Origin: Sporopachydermia quercuum
Lineage: Eukaryota
Reading direction: 5' to 3'
Assembly (NCBI GenBank): GCA_001599295.1
Contig: BCGN01000002.1
Span: forward strand, 1,426,001 to 1,490,000
Length of the DNA: 64,000 nt
Below, piece after piece: positions 1 to 11,281 of this stretch (positions within the stretch are counted from its first letter, which is position 1; the number at the start of each line of letters is the position of its first letter). The translations under genes and the position numbers were made by a program. The notes under the pieces are model-generated. The model did not search any database and had not been told where the DNA came from. It saw only the letters and a list, made by a program, of their open reading frames with translations.

Positions 1-1175
1 GGATGGGATAAGAGTTCTCTTTTAACGAATAGCTGATTGATTGATTTATTGGTTACTGTAATGATATGATAATAATAGTAATAATGAAAATATATTATAA
101 AAGAGTAGGAAGTAGACTGAGTAGTTAATTGGGTTGACTGAAGAGTACTTCAGTCATCAGAAAAGAATTGGAAATGATGATCAAACTTCGTGGTTCTATT
201 TGGTTCGTTTGATCGTTTGATAGCCTCCAGGACAAGGAGAGATATGTGGTGATTGATGCTTGCCGATCAATTGGATATTATGAAATAATGAATGCGGCTT
301 TTTCGGATATAACATTTAGAGTACGAATCCATGTTGATTATATTTGAGCTGTTACTATTAATGAAATAATTGACACATAGCAATTCTCTACTTGACTGGA
401 ATCGTTTCTAACAAACTGGCCATTAGTAGATAGCGCAAGTCGAATCCTCCTCTACTAAGGCAAGAGTGGTAAGAGTGGTTTTATTGCATGTCATAACTAT
501 CTAGTTCCTTGTTCGCCATGGCTAACTTCCTGCATTGAACAAACTATTTTGCGTCAAACTCCATTACAGACTCTTATTTATAATCATATCAAATAAATCT
601 TCCTCTCGGTTTGTATTATTCCTTTCAGCACACGNAGAACACGAAGACTCTTTTTTTTCCGTAGCTTACACTTCACCTTGACATACGTAGACATACATAC
701 ACTTCTAGCCCTTTTGATCTTACNGAGGAACTGTTGTATTATTTTACTCTTACACTTCTTGCTTATCTCCCAAGTTATAAAATACTATAATGCTATTTGG
801 TTGGCAGCTGTTTTGTATGCTATATAATTGAATGTCCGGCGCACCGCAAAAATTACAAATCCAGGTTTTATTGAACCTTTGACAATAGCTTACTATTTTA
901 TAAAAGTGAAAGGAGGGCCAGGCTTCCAATAGCAATACAAGCGGAATACTATTCAAGCTGATAGAACCAACGAAATATACACAGTTAAAGATACAGCGAA
1001 ATCGAGCATTTCTTTCCTTAGTTTTCTTATTTCTAATTGACCTGATTGGCAACTTATCTCTTCTCTCTGTATTAAATTGGAAACGATCCAGGGGCATCAA
1101 CCTTCAGTCAAATATTTAACAATAACAGAATAACTTTGATTAATTCTTTCTCCTAATATTTTCAGATCTTCATCC

Positions 1176-3530
1176 ATGTTTAAAGGTTCAGTCACCAAGA
1201 ACCTGAATCTGAACCTGATTTCCCCTATTAAATTCATCACTAGACATGCATCAACAGCTGTTCAAATCCACCCAGAGATCTCTCAAGCTGTTGCGGAGGA
1301 TAAACCAGTAGTAGCTCTGGAATCTACTATTATTACCCACGGTCTCCCTTTCCCTGAAAACTATGAGTTGGCAGTTTCTGTTGCAGACGTAATTCGCTCT
1401 CAAGGTGCAATTCCTTGTACTACTTCGTTTATCAACGGCGTACCGAAAGTAGGTCTTGATCAGAACGATCTACTCCTACTGACTGATAGAACCAGCAAGA
1501 ACTTTACACCGCCTTTGAAAGTATCAAGAAGAGACATTCCATATGTGATGAGTAGAAAGATAAACGGTGGAACAACCATAGCAGCTACAATGATTCTTGC
1601 CCATGAGGCTGGAATCAAAGTATTTGCTACTGGTGGTTTGGGAGGTGTCCATCGCGGAGCAGAAGTTTCTATGGATATTAGTGCAGATTTAGAAGAACTA
1701 GCTAAAACGCCAGTCGCTGTAGTATGTGCAGGTCCCAAAAGCGTTCTCGACATTGAGAAGACTATGGAATATTTAGAAACCAAAGGTGTTTATGTAGGGA
1801 CTATGGGTCCTGATGGAACAAATATTCCTGGGTTTTATTGTCGAGATTCCGGCGTGGCTTCACCTTTTAACTTTTCTTCATATAAGGATGCTGCTGAAGT
1901 TATTCATAATATAGACTTGATGAATCTGAAAACTGGATCATTATTTTGCGTCCCTCCGCCTCCTGATGTTGCCTTGAAATCAGATATGATTACTACTATT
2001 ATTAACCAAGCAAATATTGATGCTGAACAACTTGGTATCAAAGGCAAAGACTTGACACCTTTTCTACTAAATCAAATCTATAAATACACCCATGGAAAAA
2101 GTTCTAAATGCAATGTTGAATTTGTGAAAAATAATGCTAAGGTTGCATCAAAAATAAGCATTTCTCTCAGTCAATTGAGAGAACAAAAGGGACTTAAAAG
2201 GTCTATAACAATGATCGTGCCATCAAATGATACACAACTTAGGGATAAAAATATAGAAGAATGTCAGAGAAGTATAAATAGCACTATAAATTTTAGTGCC
2301 AAAGAGTCAGCGACTAGCAGTATTGATCCAATCAAAAATGACGAGATAAAGGTAAATACACACCCAGCGGTGGATGATCAATGCGACTCATTAGTTATTG
2401 GTTCCATTGCTGTGGATATTAATGGGTTAGCATCTTCTAAACTAATAGACAAATCCTCAAACCCTGGGATGATCACGGAAACTGTTGGGGGAGTNGGATA
2501 TAACATTGCTATAGCGGCTAAATTAGATGGATTGAATCCTCGCTTGGTTTCAACAATAGGCAATGATATATCAGGTCAATTGATACTCGACGAATTGAAA
2601 ATGGATGGTTTAGACTCTTCTGGTGTTCTGATTAGCTCTGGGGATAGGACTTCTAGATATATGGCTGTGCACGACAAGACAGGTAATTTGGTTACAGCTA
2701 TTGCTGATATGGCATCAATTGAAAATCTTAACGTGGAACATATAAACCGAGAGATTCTTAGAGCCAAACCAAAATGGATCTCTTTTGATGGTAATCTATC
2801 CACAAAGACAATGAACAATCTTATATCAATAGCAGGTTCTGAAGAGATACCGTTGTTTTATGAACCAACCTCAGATGCTAAAGCACCAAGAATAGCAGAC
2901 ACTGATTTAAGCGTATTTCCGAATAATCAAATTGCTATTGCCAGCCCGAGTATATCGGAACTGGAAGCAATGTTCTTTTCGTTCAAACGACAAGAGAAAT
3001 TTGATAATGATAACTGGTTTTCTGTAATTGATATTTTACAATTAGATAGTACTTTCAGAAACGAGATTACCCTCGTGGCTAGAAAGGTACCTCAATTGCA
3101 ACATATAGTTGACAAAGGAGTAGTTCAACAGGCATGTCAACTACTACCCTATATCCCAAATCTTATAATAAAAGACGGAGCTAATGGTTTGATTACCTTA
3201 CAAATAATGATTGATACTGATCATGTGGCAGTCACTTGCAAAGAAGTAAGTTCTGAAGTGCCCACAGTGATTTGTAAAGGAGTAACTCTTGAAAATGGTA
3301 CTAAAATTGGAGTGTTGTTCCAACACTTTCCTACAACACCTTTAGATAAAATAGTCAACGTAAATGGCGCAGGTGACACATTAGCAGGTGTTTTATTGAG
3401 TGAATGTATTTCTAATCCTCAATGGTTGGATAATGCAGGAAAAGTTAAGAAGAAAGTTATTGATAAAGCACAAACAGCAGCAGCTTTGGCCCTTTCGACG
3501 TTTGGATCGGCAAAGAAACATCATTTTTAG
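1176..3530 (+). CDS. Bifunctional pseudouridine-5'-phosphate glycosidase (PsuG/IndA) + PfkB-family pseudouridine kinase fusion
   Basis: 784-aa ORF. N-half has PsuG motifs VVALESTIITHGLP, GGTTIAATM, FATGGLGGVHRG, DISADLEEL and GKDLTPFLL. C-half has PfkB motifs GGxGYNIA and NVNGAGD. N-terminus lacks acidic residues (presequence-like). Confidence 0.93.
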   Translation: MFKGSVTKNLNLNLISPIKFITRHASTAVQIHPEISQAVAEDKPVVALESTIITHGLPFPENYELAVSVADVIRSQGAIPCTTSFINGVPKVGLDQNDLLLLTDRTSKNFTPPLKVSRRDIPYVMSRKINGGTTIAATMILAHEAGIKVFATGGLGGVHRGAEVSMDISADLEELAKTPVAVVCAGPKSVLDIEKTMEYLETKGVYVGTMGPDGTNIPGFYCRDSGVASPFNFSSYKDAAEVIHNIDLMNLKTGSLFCVPPPPDVALKSDMITTIINQANIDAEQLGIKGKDLTPFLLNQIYKYTHGKSSKCNVEFVKNNAKVASKISISLSQLREQKGLKRSITMIVPSNDTQLRDKNIEECQRSINSTINFSAKESATSSIDPIKNDEIKVNTHPAVDDQCDSLVIGSIAVDINGLASSKLIDKSSNPGMITETVGGXGYNIAIAAKLDGLNPRLVSTIGNDISGQLILDELKMDGLDSSGVLISSGDRTSRYMAVHDKTGNLVTAIADMASIENLNVEHINREILRAKPKWISFDGNLSTKTMNNLISIAGSEEIPLFYEPTSDAKAPRIADTDLSVFPNNQIAIASPSISELEAMFFSFKRQEKFDNDNWFSVIDILQLDSTFRNEITLVARKVPQLQHIVDKGVVQQACQLLPYIPNLIIKDGANGLITLQIMIDTDHVAVTCKEVSSEVPTVICKGVTLENGTKIGVLFQHFPTTPLDKIVNVNGAGDTLAGVLLSECISNPQWLDNAGKVKKKVIDKAQTAAALALSTFGSAKKHHF

Positions 3531-3868
3531 TCATTNGCTTATTCAAGCAGACAAGGCAACACATCAAGAATAAAGAGGTTTATATTACAACAAAACAAAG
3601 GTATACAAAATTTTGATTGTTAAATAGCTTAAACAATTTCAGCTTAATGCTCAGTGCGACTGTTACACATACGCTAACATTCAGATATTCGATTGAACTA
3701 GTAATTAACAACAAAAATAAGGCATATAGACAAGATATAGACAAGAATGTCATCAAATTATTTAGAATGTCTCTCAAACTCCATCCACTAACCATTGACT
3801 GGTTGACTATTATAGAGATATTCACATAATTTGACAAGTTGTGAAGTAAACAAGTATTGCAATACCGC

Positions 3869-4930
3869 TTAAACTTCCAGAGAAGAATCTTCAGCTATCT
3901 TTACTAATCCTTCAATAGCATTTGCTCTTCCGTCAGCAGAACTGGGATTGGGACCAGCTAGATAGTTCAAATAAATAATCTTCACAACCGTTGGATTTTT
4001 AATTGTTCCATTATATTGAGCTACTGAATTTTCTTCATACTTGGAATTATGGAAAAGGAAATCAATGCATCCGCCCTCACTTTCTGATTTTCTCTCAACC
4101 AACAATACTTTATGTTTTTCAAAACTTCCCCTTAATTCAAAAGCATCTTTCAACTCTTGTAAGCCATCTCTGAAATCAGGTTCTGTTGCATGTTCAGCAG
4201 TTAAAGGATTATTAAGAACTGAGTTGAAGAATCCATTTCTCAAGTGACCGAAATCAGTGTTTCTGGTAGGAACAATTCGCAACGTAAATCTAACGCCAGC
4301 ATCAATCAAGTTCGAGATGATTATTTGAGACTTGATATTATCTTTCAAAGCAGCGCGTAAAGCTTCAGAATGGGATTTGTATCTATCTAAATCCAAAAAG
4401 TTGGCAATAAAATTTGAGTCATGCAATACTTTATGTGCTTTCTTTCTGTCGTCTTTAGCAATATAAATTCCTAATCCATAAACCTTGATTCTAAAAAGTG
4501 ATACACTTCTTATACCAGTTGCTATTAATGTGAAATCCGTACCAAGAGTCTCTGATTGCGGTAAATCGACTGGAAAAGGAGGAAGATCTTTATGGACAAT
4601 CGTAACTTCTCCTTCTGGTGGATTTTCTTTCTTCTTACTCTTAGCGGGAGCATCATTGGCTACATTGCCATTACTGTTGCTATTGTTGATGGCATAGAAC
4701 ACAGCTCCCCCAGCAATCAATCCACCATAAATAGTCGCTCTTTGCGCCCATGGGTTGAAACCAGCATTAGAGGCAAGTTTGGGAGATGTGGAATAGAACT
4801 TTGCTTTGCTTGTAAGATTATGAGAAAAAATTGATCTATTTTTGAATCCTTTTCCAGCGAATCTGCTAGTATTTACACTTTCCTTGTAAGCTTTTGACAA
4901 AGCTTTAATAGTCCTCCTACTGGTACTCAT
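3869..4930 (-). CDS. Mitochondrial chalcone-isomerase-fold protein (Aim18/Aim46 family)
   Basis: 353-aa ORF with a basic presequence and TM segment. Family motifs GIRSVSLFRIKVYGLGIY and RIVPTRNTDFGHLRNG. Near NBL1-RPN10 as in S. cerevisiae. Cannot choose between AIM18 and AIM46. Confidence 0.85.
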   Translation of the reverse strand: MSTSRRTIKALSKAYKESVNTSRFAGKGFKNRSIFSHNLTSKAKFYSTSPKLASNAGFNPWAQRATIYGGLIAGGAVFYAINNSNSNGNVANDAPAKSKKKENPPEGEVTIVHKDLPPFPVDLPQSETLGTDFTLIATGIRSVSLFRIKVYGLGIYIAKDDRKKAHKVLHDSNFIANFLDLDRYKSHSEALRAALKDNIKSQIIISNLIDAGVRFTLRIVPTRNTDFGHLRNGFFNSVLNNPLTAEHATEPDFRDGLQELKDAFELRGSFEKHKVLLVERKSESEGGCIDFLFHNSKYEENSVAQYNGTIKNPTVVKIIYLNYLAGPNPSSADGRANAIEGLVKIAEDSSLEV

Positions 4931-6248
4931 CCTTTTGTTATTGTACTTTTTTTCTGACCAATCTTTATTTTACTTATCGATAAAGTATCAGACTATCTGA
5001 TAGTAATATCCCAGTATCAAAACTCTCAAAATATTAGTTACTGCAATCTAGCAAACGTGTAGTTTGATGGAATGGAAAAATGGAAAATAATTGATAGACT
5101 GATGTTGGTTCTTCCTTCCTTTCTTTTTAGAAAATCTGTCTGGTAATTTCTGTTCATTTGAAAAGCTTCTTAGTATGTGGAACGTGATGATGTTCACATG
5201 GAGTCTCCTCTCATGAGAAAAAGAGCCATAAAGAATGGGGAAATAAGACAGATGGATGAGATGTGATCTACTTGTTTGGAGAGAATTCAACACTGATTCT
5301 GCTGATTAAATTTGAAATATCTTGATCAAGTCAGTTGCAACGATTGTGATTCTTTTCTCTGGGCAAATAGAGTAGAAGAAGTGTGAGTTCATTGATCAAA
5401 GTTAGAGATGGACTCATACGCTAGTGCGAATTTGTAAGCTTACGAGAAGACAGTAAACTAAGCATAATGAGACTGTATAGTTGATTCGCTATTCAGCTGT
5501 GAAAATCACAACTGACTCGACTTTCCTCTTCCTTTTTATCACAACAACAGCAATCTGTTTTATAAAGCCTCAGAATTGAAGAAACGCATCTACAGATGAA
5601 CAAACCGTTCATTCCTCATATCTTGCTATGCACAATATCTAGACATTGCGTCTCATCTCCTTCGTACATTTTCAGCCACACGAAGTAAAGAAGCCTCTTC
5701 TGTCCAATATCAGCTATTAATTNTTATTAGCAAATACTACCCAATTACCAAAGAGAGATTTCATATTACACGAATATAAGCCACTCTTAAAATTACCCCA
5801 TTTTGAAGAAGGAAATAGAGGAAGCAGGTAATGAGGTTGAAAAAGGAAAAAGGATGAATGAAGTACGGGAGAAGAGAGTGATTTTCAACCTAGAAGCTAT
5901 TTCATGGGTATAAAAAAAGAGCCCTTAAATGATAGTGGATACTCCGGACCACTATATTGTAATTATAAAGATGATAATAGTATAAAATCAGTATACCATA
6001 TCAATTGGTGATTCAACGTAATACAGCTTATTCAGCAATCTATCGGGCCATATGGAATCAGCAACAAACGAGTCTCCGCAAATAACGTTACTTTTTTCCA
6101 AACATTCATTTCCTGTTTTCCATCTCCTCATTTAAGAATATTACTTGCATTATTATCAAGTATTGAACCATAATCAACCCATCGGAGTGAACATTTCAAT
6201 ATCCACTAAGGTCATACCCAAATCTAGTAACTGAGGGATGGTGGCTTG

Positions 6249-6255
6249 TCACGTG
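6249..6255 (+). promoter_or_regulatory. Cbf1 (CDEI) site TCACGTG upstream of MET5
   Basis: GTCACGTG about 425 bp upstream of the MET5 ATG; canonical sulfur-regulon element. Confidence 0.7.
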
Positions 6256-6413
6256 CTATTATGTCAGCTCCCAGTTAGGCGTGGCTNCCTACTCAACTAT
6301 AACTTTATACAGCAGTTTTATGGGTAAAAATTCCTATTATAGTATTATAAGGCGCCACATAAGTTCCTGTTTCAAAACAGGTTGAGGCTTAGGCGAGAAA
6401 ACCTTTTTCTCAA

Positions 6414-6423
6414 AAACTGTGGC
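6414..6423 (+). promoter_or_regulatory. Met31/Met32 site AAACTGTGGC upstream of MET5
   Basis: Exact AAACTGTGG consensus about 260 bp upstream of MET5, paired with the Cbf1 site. Confidence 0.78.
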
Positions 6424-6677
6424 AGTTCCCAGACTGATGAAATTTTATGAAAAAATGTATACTATGAGAAGAGAAGAAAAAATCTTGCTCTCAGAAAGTT
6501 ATTATCCACTAGAAGAATTAGAGGAAGTAGTAAAACAGTAGATAATTCTCAACTGTTAATAGCATTATTCTTATTTCAATTGTAGAATAAGCATTGAATC
6601 GTTGGTTATTTAGCTGTTGTTTGAAGCCTTAGTGCCTTAGTTGTTTGTGATTATCAATATACGATACTCATTTTATC

Positions 6678-9600
6678 ATGGCACCAGCTAAGACTGTTTT
6701 GAAAACACAAGCTGAGGCAGTTGCTTCTGTTGTAGAAGCAGTTAACACCAAACTTTTTTTAATTCAACCAGCTAAATCTGTTTCCACCACATTATCAAGC
6801 GTTCTTGCTAGAGACGGTGTTCAATACACTACTTTGACTGAGAACACTGACCCATTCTCTACAATCTCTTCCAGCATTAGTCGCTCGCCAAAAGAGATCA
6901 CTACTATCACCACATCTTCAGAAACATTGCTAAAGGCTATTCCTCATCTTTCCGAAATTGCAAGCTCATCAACTGTTATCCATGTTGAGCTCACCGCTTA
7001 TAAATCAGGTTTTGCTGATTACTCTTATATCTCTTCCTTGAGAAATCTTGGATTTGTATTTTTACAATCATTTGACGTCGCTGATGCCCAGAATGTTGCT
7101 TTATCTTCATATGCTATTTCCAAGAGCCTTAGAATACCAGTTGTTCATTTCTTTTATCCAAAACTNGATTTAGAAGTATTTGGTCCTCTCCCATCATCAG
7201 CCGTTTCTACTTTCTTATCTGGTTACTCAAATGATGAAGAAACTGAAGAAGAGGGAAAGAGCAAAACTAAAGTTAGTGAGATCCAGGGGGCTATCACTGA
7301 AGTTTTCAAGAATTTGCGGTCTTTGACCGGTGTTTNTTATACACCATTTGAATATTTTGGCCCCAGAAATGCCACTGAAGTCATCTTAGTCTTTGGTTCA
7401 GTTGTAGAAGAATTAAAGGCTGCTATTAAGAAAACCTCAGAATCCAGGGTTGGAATTGTCTCTATCAGAGTCTACAGACCTTTTTTTGTTGCAGAATTTG
7501 CGTCTGCTTTACCAAAATCTGTGAAATCACTAGCTGTATTAGAACAAGTTCGAACCCAAACAACAAGCTGGTCACCTTTGATTCTAGACTTGTTTGCTGA
7601 TTTCTCAAGCTTGAAAACCAGTTTACCTGAACTATCTCAAGTGGTTTCATTCCAAGCTGGTATTGTGAACTACGAGAACGTTTCCAATGCTGTTAAGACT
7701 ATATTGGCTAACTTGAGATCAGTATCACCTATTCAAAATGTTTATATTGGCGCTAAGCCTGCATCTCGAGATCTCTCCAGAGATGTTCTAGAAGCTATTG
7801 AAAGTGCTAAGAAACACGAAGAGGCTTATATAAAGATCTTGAAACAGGTCTGGGGAGACAAATTAAATATCATCAACGGTTTAAATGATAAGAAAGTTGG
7901 TATTGATGCTTCACCAGAATTCAGTTTCGGTAAGTTCCTAGCCAGAGAAGACGAAAGAGTTAAGCTTATCAAGAGTGCTGTTGGAGCTCTAGCTAGAAAT
8001 GACTTCCAATCTACTGATAAGGGAACTTTGCATGATTTACTTTCGGCTTGGGTTGTAGCTGCAAGAGANCAAAAGGAAGATAAGAATTTAGATGTTAATA
8101 AATTGACTGAATTACTTGAAAATGATGGCTCTGCCAGTGCTAAAGAAATACTTCAATACAAGGAACACTTACCATTCACATCATCTTGGATAATTGGTTC
8201 TGATGCTTGGGCCTATGATTTAGGTAACTCAGGTATTCACCATGTGATTTCTTCCGGTAAAAACGTCAATATGTTGATTGTTGACTCTGATCCATATACG
8301 GAAAAGAGTGTTGAACCTGGCCAACCTAGAAAGAAGGATATTGGTTTATATGCTATGAATTTTGGTGGTGTTTATGTTGCTTCTGTAGCTGTCTACTCTT
8401 CTTACACTCAAGTTCTCCATGCTCTTCTTGAAGCTGAAGCTTTCAATGGTCCTTCCGTTGTTTTAGCTTACTTACCTTATAAATCTGAAAATGACGACGC
8501 TATCACCATATTGCAAGAGACCAAAAAGGCCATCAGCACTGGTTATTGGCCTTTATATAGATGGAATCCCTCTCGTGAATTGAAGGATGAAGAGGCTTTC
8601 CAATTAGATTCTGCTGTTATTAAAAGAGATTTACAAAGCTTTTTGGACAGAGAAAACAAATTAACATTGTTATCAAAGCGTGACCCTGTTTTAAATCGAA
8701 CTTTGAACTCATCATACGGTACTGATGTTAGAGAACAACAAAAGAGAAGCGCCAAAGAGTCCTACCTTCAGTTACTTGATGGTCTTTCCGGTGCTCCTAT
8801 CACCATTCTTTTTGCCTCTGACGGTGGTAACGCTGAAAACGTAGCCAAGAGATTAGGTAGAAGAGCCAAGAGCAGAGGATTGAAACCTCTTGTTATGGCT
8901 ATGGACGACTACCCATTTGAAGATTTATCTAATGAAGAAAACATCATCCTGATAACATCTACTTCTGGTCAAGGTGAATTCCCTCAAAATGGTAAAAACT
9001 TCTGGGAAGCTCTCAAGGGATCCACTGATACTGATTTAGCGTCAGTCAAGTATTCCGTCTTTGGTTTAGGTGACAGTCATTACTGGCCAAGAAAACAAGA
9101 CAAAATTTACTACAACAAACCAAGTAAAGATTTAGATGCCAAGTTTGAACTATTCGGTGGTTCCAGACTAGCACCTTTAGGTTTGGGTGATGATCAAGAC
9201 GCTGACGGATGGTCAACTGGATATGATGCTTGGGAACCAATCATCTGGGAATCCCTTGATGTTTCTGGTGTTGGAAATGCTGATGAACCTCCACCAGTGA
9301 CCAATGAAGATATCAAAATTGCTTCCAACTTCTTGAAGGGAACTATCGTTGAAGGTCTTAAAGATGACTCCACTGGTGCCATTTCTGCCGCTGACCAACA
9401 ATTGACTAAGTTCCACGGTATCTATCTTCAAGATGACAGAGATATTCGTGATGAAAGAAAAGCCAATGGTCTTGAACCAGCATACGCATTCATGGTTCGT
9501 GTTCGTCTCCCTGGTTCAGTCTCTACTCCTGCTCAGTGGTTAAAGATTGATGAATTAGCTGATTCTAGAGGCAATGGTACCTTCAAATTGACCACTAGAG

Positions 9601-11060
9601 GTACCTATCAACTTCACGGTGTTGTGAAACATGATTTGAAACCTGCTATTAGAGGTATGAACATGGCTTTGATGGATACATTAGCTGCATGTGGTGATGT
9701 CAACAGAAATGTCATGTGTTCTGCTTTACCTCAAAACCAAAAAGTTCATACCCAAGTAGTTAGAGCCGCTGATGAAATCAGTGAATATTTATTACCATCT
9801 ACTTTGGCTTACCATGAAATCTGGTTAGAAGGTAAGGATCCTTCTGATGGTGATGTTGATGCTGAAGCCATTTTCAATAATAGAAAGGGAGGTCCAAGAA
9901 AAACTCTAGTCGCTGGTCAATCTCTTGTTGACCAAGAGCCTCTTTATGGGCCTACCTATCTACCAAGAAAATTCAAGGTCACAATCTGTGTTCCTCCCTA
10001 TAACGACACTGATGTTTATGCCCATGATGTTGGTTTGATTGCTATTGTTGATGATGACAGTAATCTGCTAGGCTTCAATGTTCTAGCTGGTGGTGGTATG
10101 GGTACTACTCATAACAACAAGAAGACCTATCCTAGAACTGGTAGTATGATGGGTTTCGTTCCAACTGAATTAACTAGATTTGCATGTGAAAACATCATGA
10201 AGGTCCAAAGAGATTTTGGCGATCGTAAGAACAGAAAACATGCTAGACTCAAGTACACTATTGACGATATGGGGGTTGATGAATTCAGAGCTAAGGTTGA
10301 GGAATACTGGGGTAAGAAGTTTGAAGAACCTAGACCATTTGAATTGAAATCAAATGTTGATCACTTTGGTTGGATTACCGACGAAGACGGACATCATCAT
10401 TTCACGTGTTTCATTGAAAACGGTAGAGTTGAAGATACCCCTGAATTACCTCATAGAACTGGTCTTAGAAAGATTGCCGAAGTATTGGATGGTGAATTCC
10501 GTCTTACTGGTAATCAGCACGTTATCATTAGTAAAGTTAAGGATGAACAACTACCGCTCATCAAAAGTTTATTGAAAGAATATAAACTGGATAACACTGA
10601 TTTCTCTGGGCTAAGATTGTCATCTGCTGCATGTGTTGCATTCCCCACTTGTGGTTTGGCAATGGCTGAATCTGAAAGATACTTACCTGTTTTAATCAGT
10701 AAACTTGAAGCTGCATTGGAAGAATATGGATTAAGACATGATAGTGTTGTCATGAGAATGACTGGTTGTCCAAATGGTTGTGCTAGACCTTGGTTAGCAG
10801 AAGTTGCTTGTGTTGGTAAGGCTTACGGTGCTTATAATTTGATGTTGGGTGGTGGTTATCATGGTCAAAGACTCAATAAGTTATACAGATCCTCTATTAA
10901 TGAAGAACAAATTTTAGCTATATTGAAACCTTTATTCAAGAGATGGGCCCTTGAAAGAAACGATGGCGAACATTTTGGTGATTTCTTGATCAGAGTTGGT
11001 GTTATTAAGCCAACTTTGGAAGGNAAATATTTCCATGATGATGTTGAAGAAGAAGAGTAA
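6678..11060 (+). CDS. MET5: Sulfite reductase beta subunit (siroheme/4Fe-4S, flavodoxin-like domain)
   Basis: 1460-aa ORF. Flavodoxin motifs FASDGGNAE and STSGQGEFP. Hemoprotein motifs ACGDVNRN, CVAFPTCGLA and MTGCPNGCARP. Confidence 0.97.
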   Translation: MAPAKTVLKTQAEAVASVVEAVNTKLFLIQPAKSVSTTLSSVLARDGVQYTTLTENTDPFSTISSSISRSPKEITTITTSSETLLKAIPHLSEIASSSTVIHVELTAYKSGFADYSYISSLRNLGFVFLQSFDVADAQNVALSSYAISKSLRIPVVHFFYPKXDLEVFGPLPSSAVSTFLSGYSNDEETEEEGKSKTKVSEIQGAITEVFKNLRSLTGVXYTPFEYFGPRNATEVILVFGSVVEELKAAIKKTSESRVGIVSIRVYRPFFVAEFASALPKSVKSLAVLEQVRTQTTSWSPLILDLFADFSSLKTSLPELSQVVSFQAGIVNYENVSNAVKTILANLRSVSPIQNVYIGAKPASRDLSRDVLEAIESAKKHEEAYIKILKQVWGDKLNIINGLNDKKVGIDASPEFSFGKFLAREDERVKLIKSAVGALARNDFQSTDKGTLHDLLSAWVVAARXQKEDKNLDVNKLTELLENDGSASAKEILQYKEHLPFTSSWIIGSDAWAYDLGNSGIHHVISSGKNVNMLIVDSDPYTEKSVEPGQPRKKDIGLYAMNFGGVYVASVAVYSSYTQVLHALLEAEAFNGPSVVLAYLPYKSENDDAITILQETKKAISTGYWPLYRWNPSRELKDEEAFQLDSAVIKRDLQSFLDRENKLTLLSKRDPVLNRTLNSSYGTDVREQQKRSAKESYLQLLDGLSGAPITILFASDGGNAENVAKRLGRRAKSRGLKPLVMAMDDYPFEDLSNEENIILITSTSGQGEFPQNGKNFWEALKGSTDTDLASVKYSVFGLGDSHYWPRKQDKIYYNKPSKDLDAKFELFGGSRLAPLGLGDDQDADGWSTGYDAWEPIIWESLDVSGVGNADEPPPVTNEDIKIASNFLKGTIVEGLKDDSTGAISAADQQLTKFHGIYLQDDRDIRDERKANGLEPAYAFMVRVRLPGSVSTPAQWLKIDELADSRGNGTFKLTTRGTYQLHGVVKHDLKPAIRGMNMALMDTLAACGDVNRNVMCSALPQNQKVHTQVVRAADEISEYLLPSTLAYHEIWLEGKDPSDGDVDAEAIFNNRKGGPRKTLVAGQSLVDQEPLYGPTYLPRKFKVTICVPPYNDTDVYAHDVGLIAIVDDDSNLLGFNVLAGGGMGTTHNNKKTYPRTGSMMGFVPTELTRFACENIMKVQRDFGDRKNRKHARLKYTIDDMGVDEFRAKVEEYWGKKFEEPRPFELKSNVDHFGWITDEDGHHHFTCFIENGRVEDTPELPHRTGLRKIAEVLDGEFRLTGNQHVIISKVKDEQLPLIKSLLKEYKLDNTDFSGLRLSSAACVAFPTCGLAMAESERYLPVLISKLEAALEEYGLRHDSVVMRMTGCPNGCARPWLAEVACVGKAYGAYNLMLGGGYHGQRLNKLYRSSINEEQILAILKPLFKRWALERNDGEHFGDFLIRVGVIKPTLEXKYFHDDVEEEE

Positions 11061-11281
11061 TTATTATGGTCAAGGAATTAAAGAAGAGAGAAACGGAAGA
11101 GAAATATCTGAGAAAGATTGAGTATAATAATATATGGGAGTTTGTCATTTAATAGTACATGAACTTTTTTTGTTTAATATATATAGTAAGAAAATTCATT
11201 GATTGTTTATAATTTATATGTTTTTAATGGAGATTCGTGTGATTGTTAATTTATTTCCTTTCTTCCCTCAAGCCGTTAATA

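Noticed and set aside
681..694. ATG TCT AC|GTATGT on the minus strand as a first exon
   Set aside because: No downstream coding exon could be identified within the window.
750..1100. 116-aa minus-strand ORF
   Set aside because: No recognisable motif and it lies in a promoter region; likely spurious.
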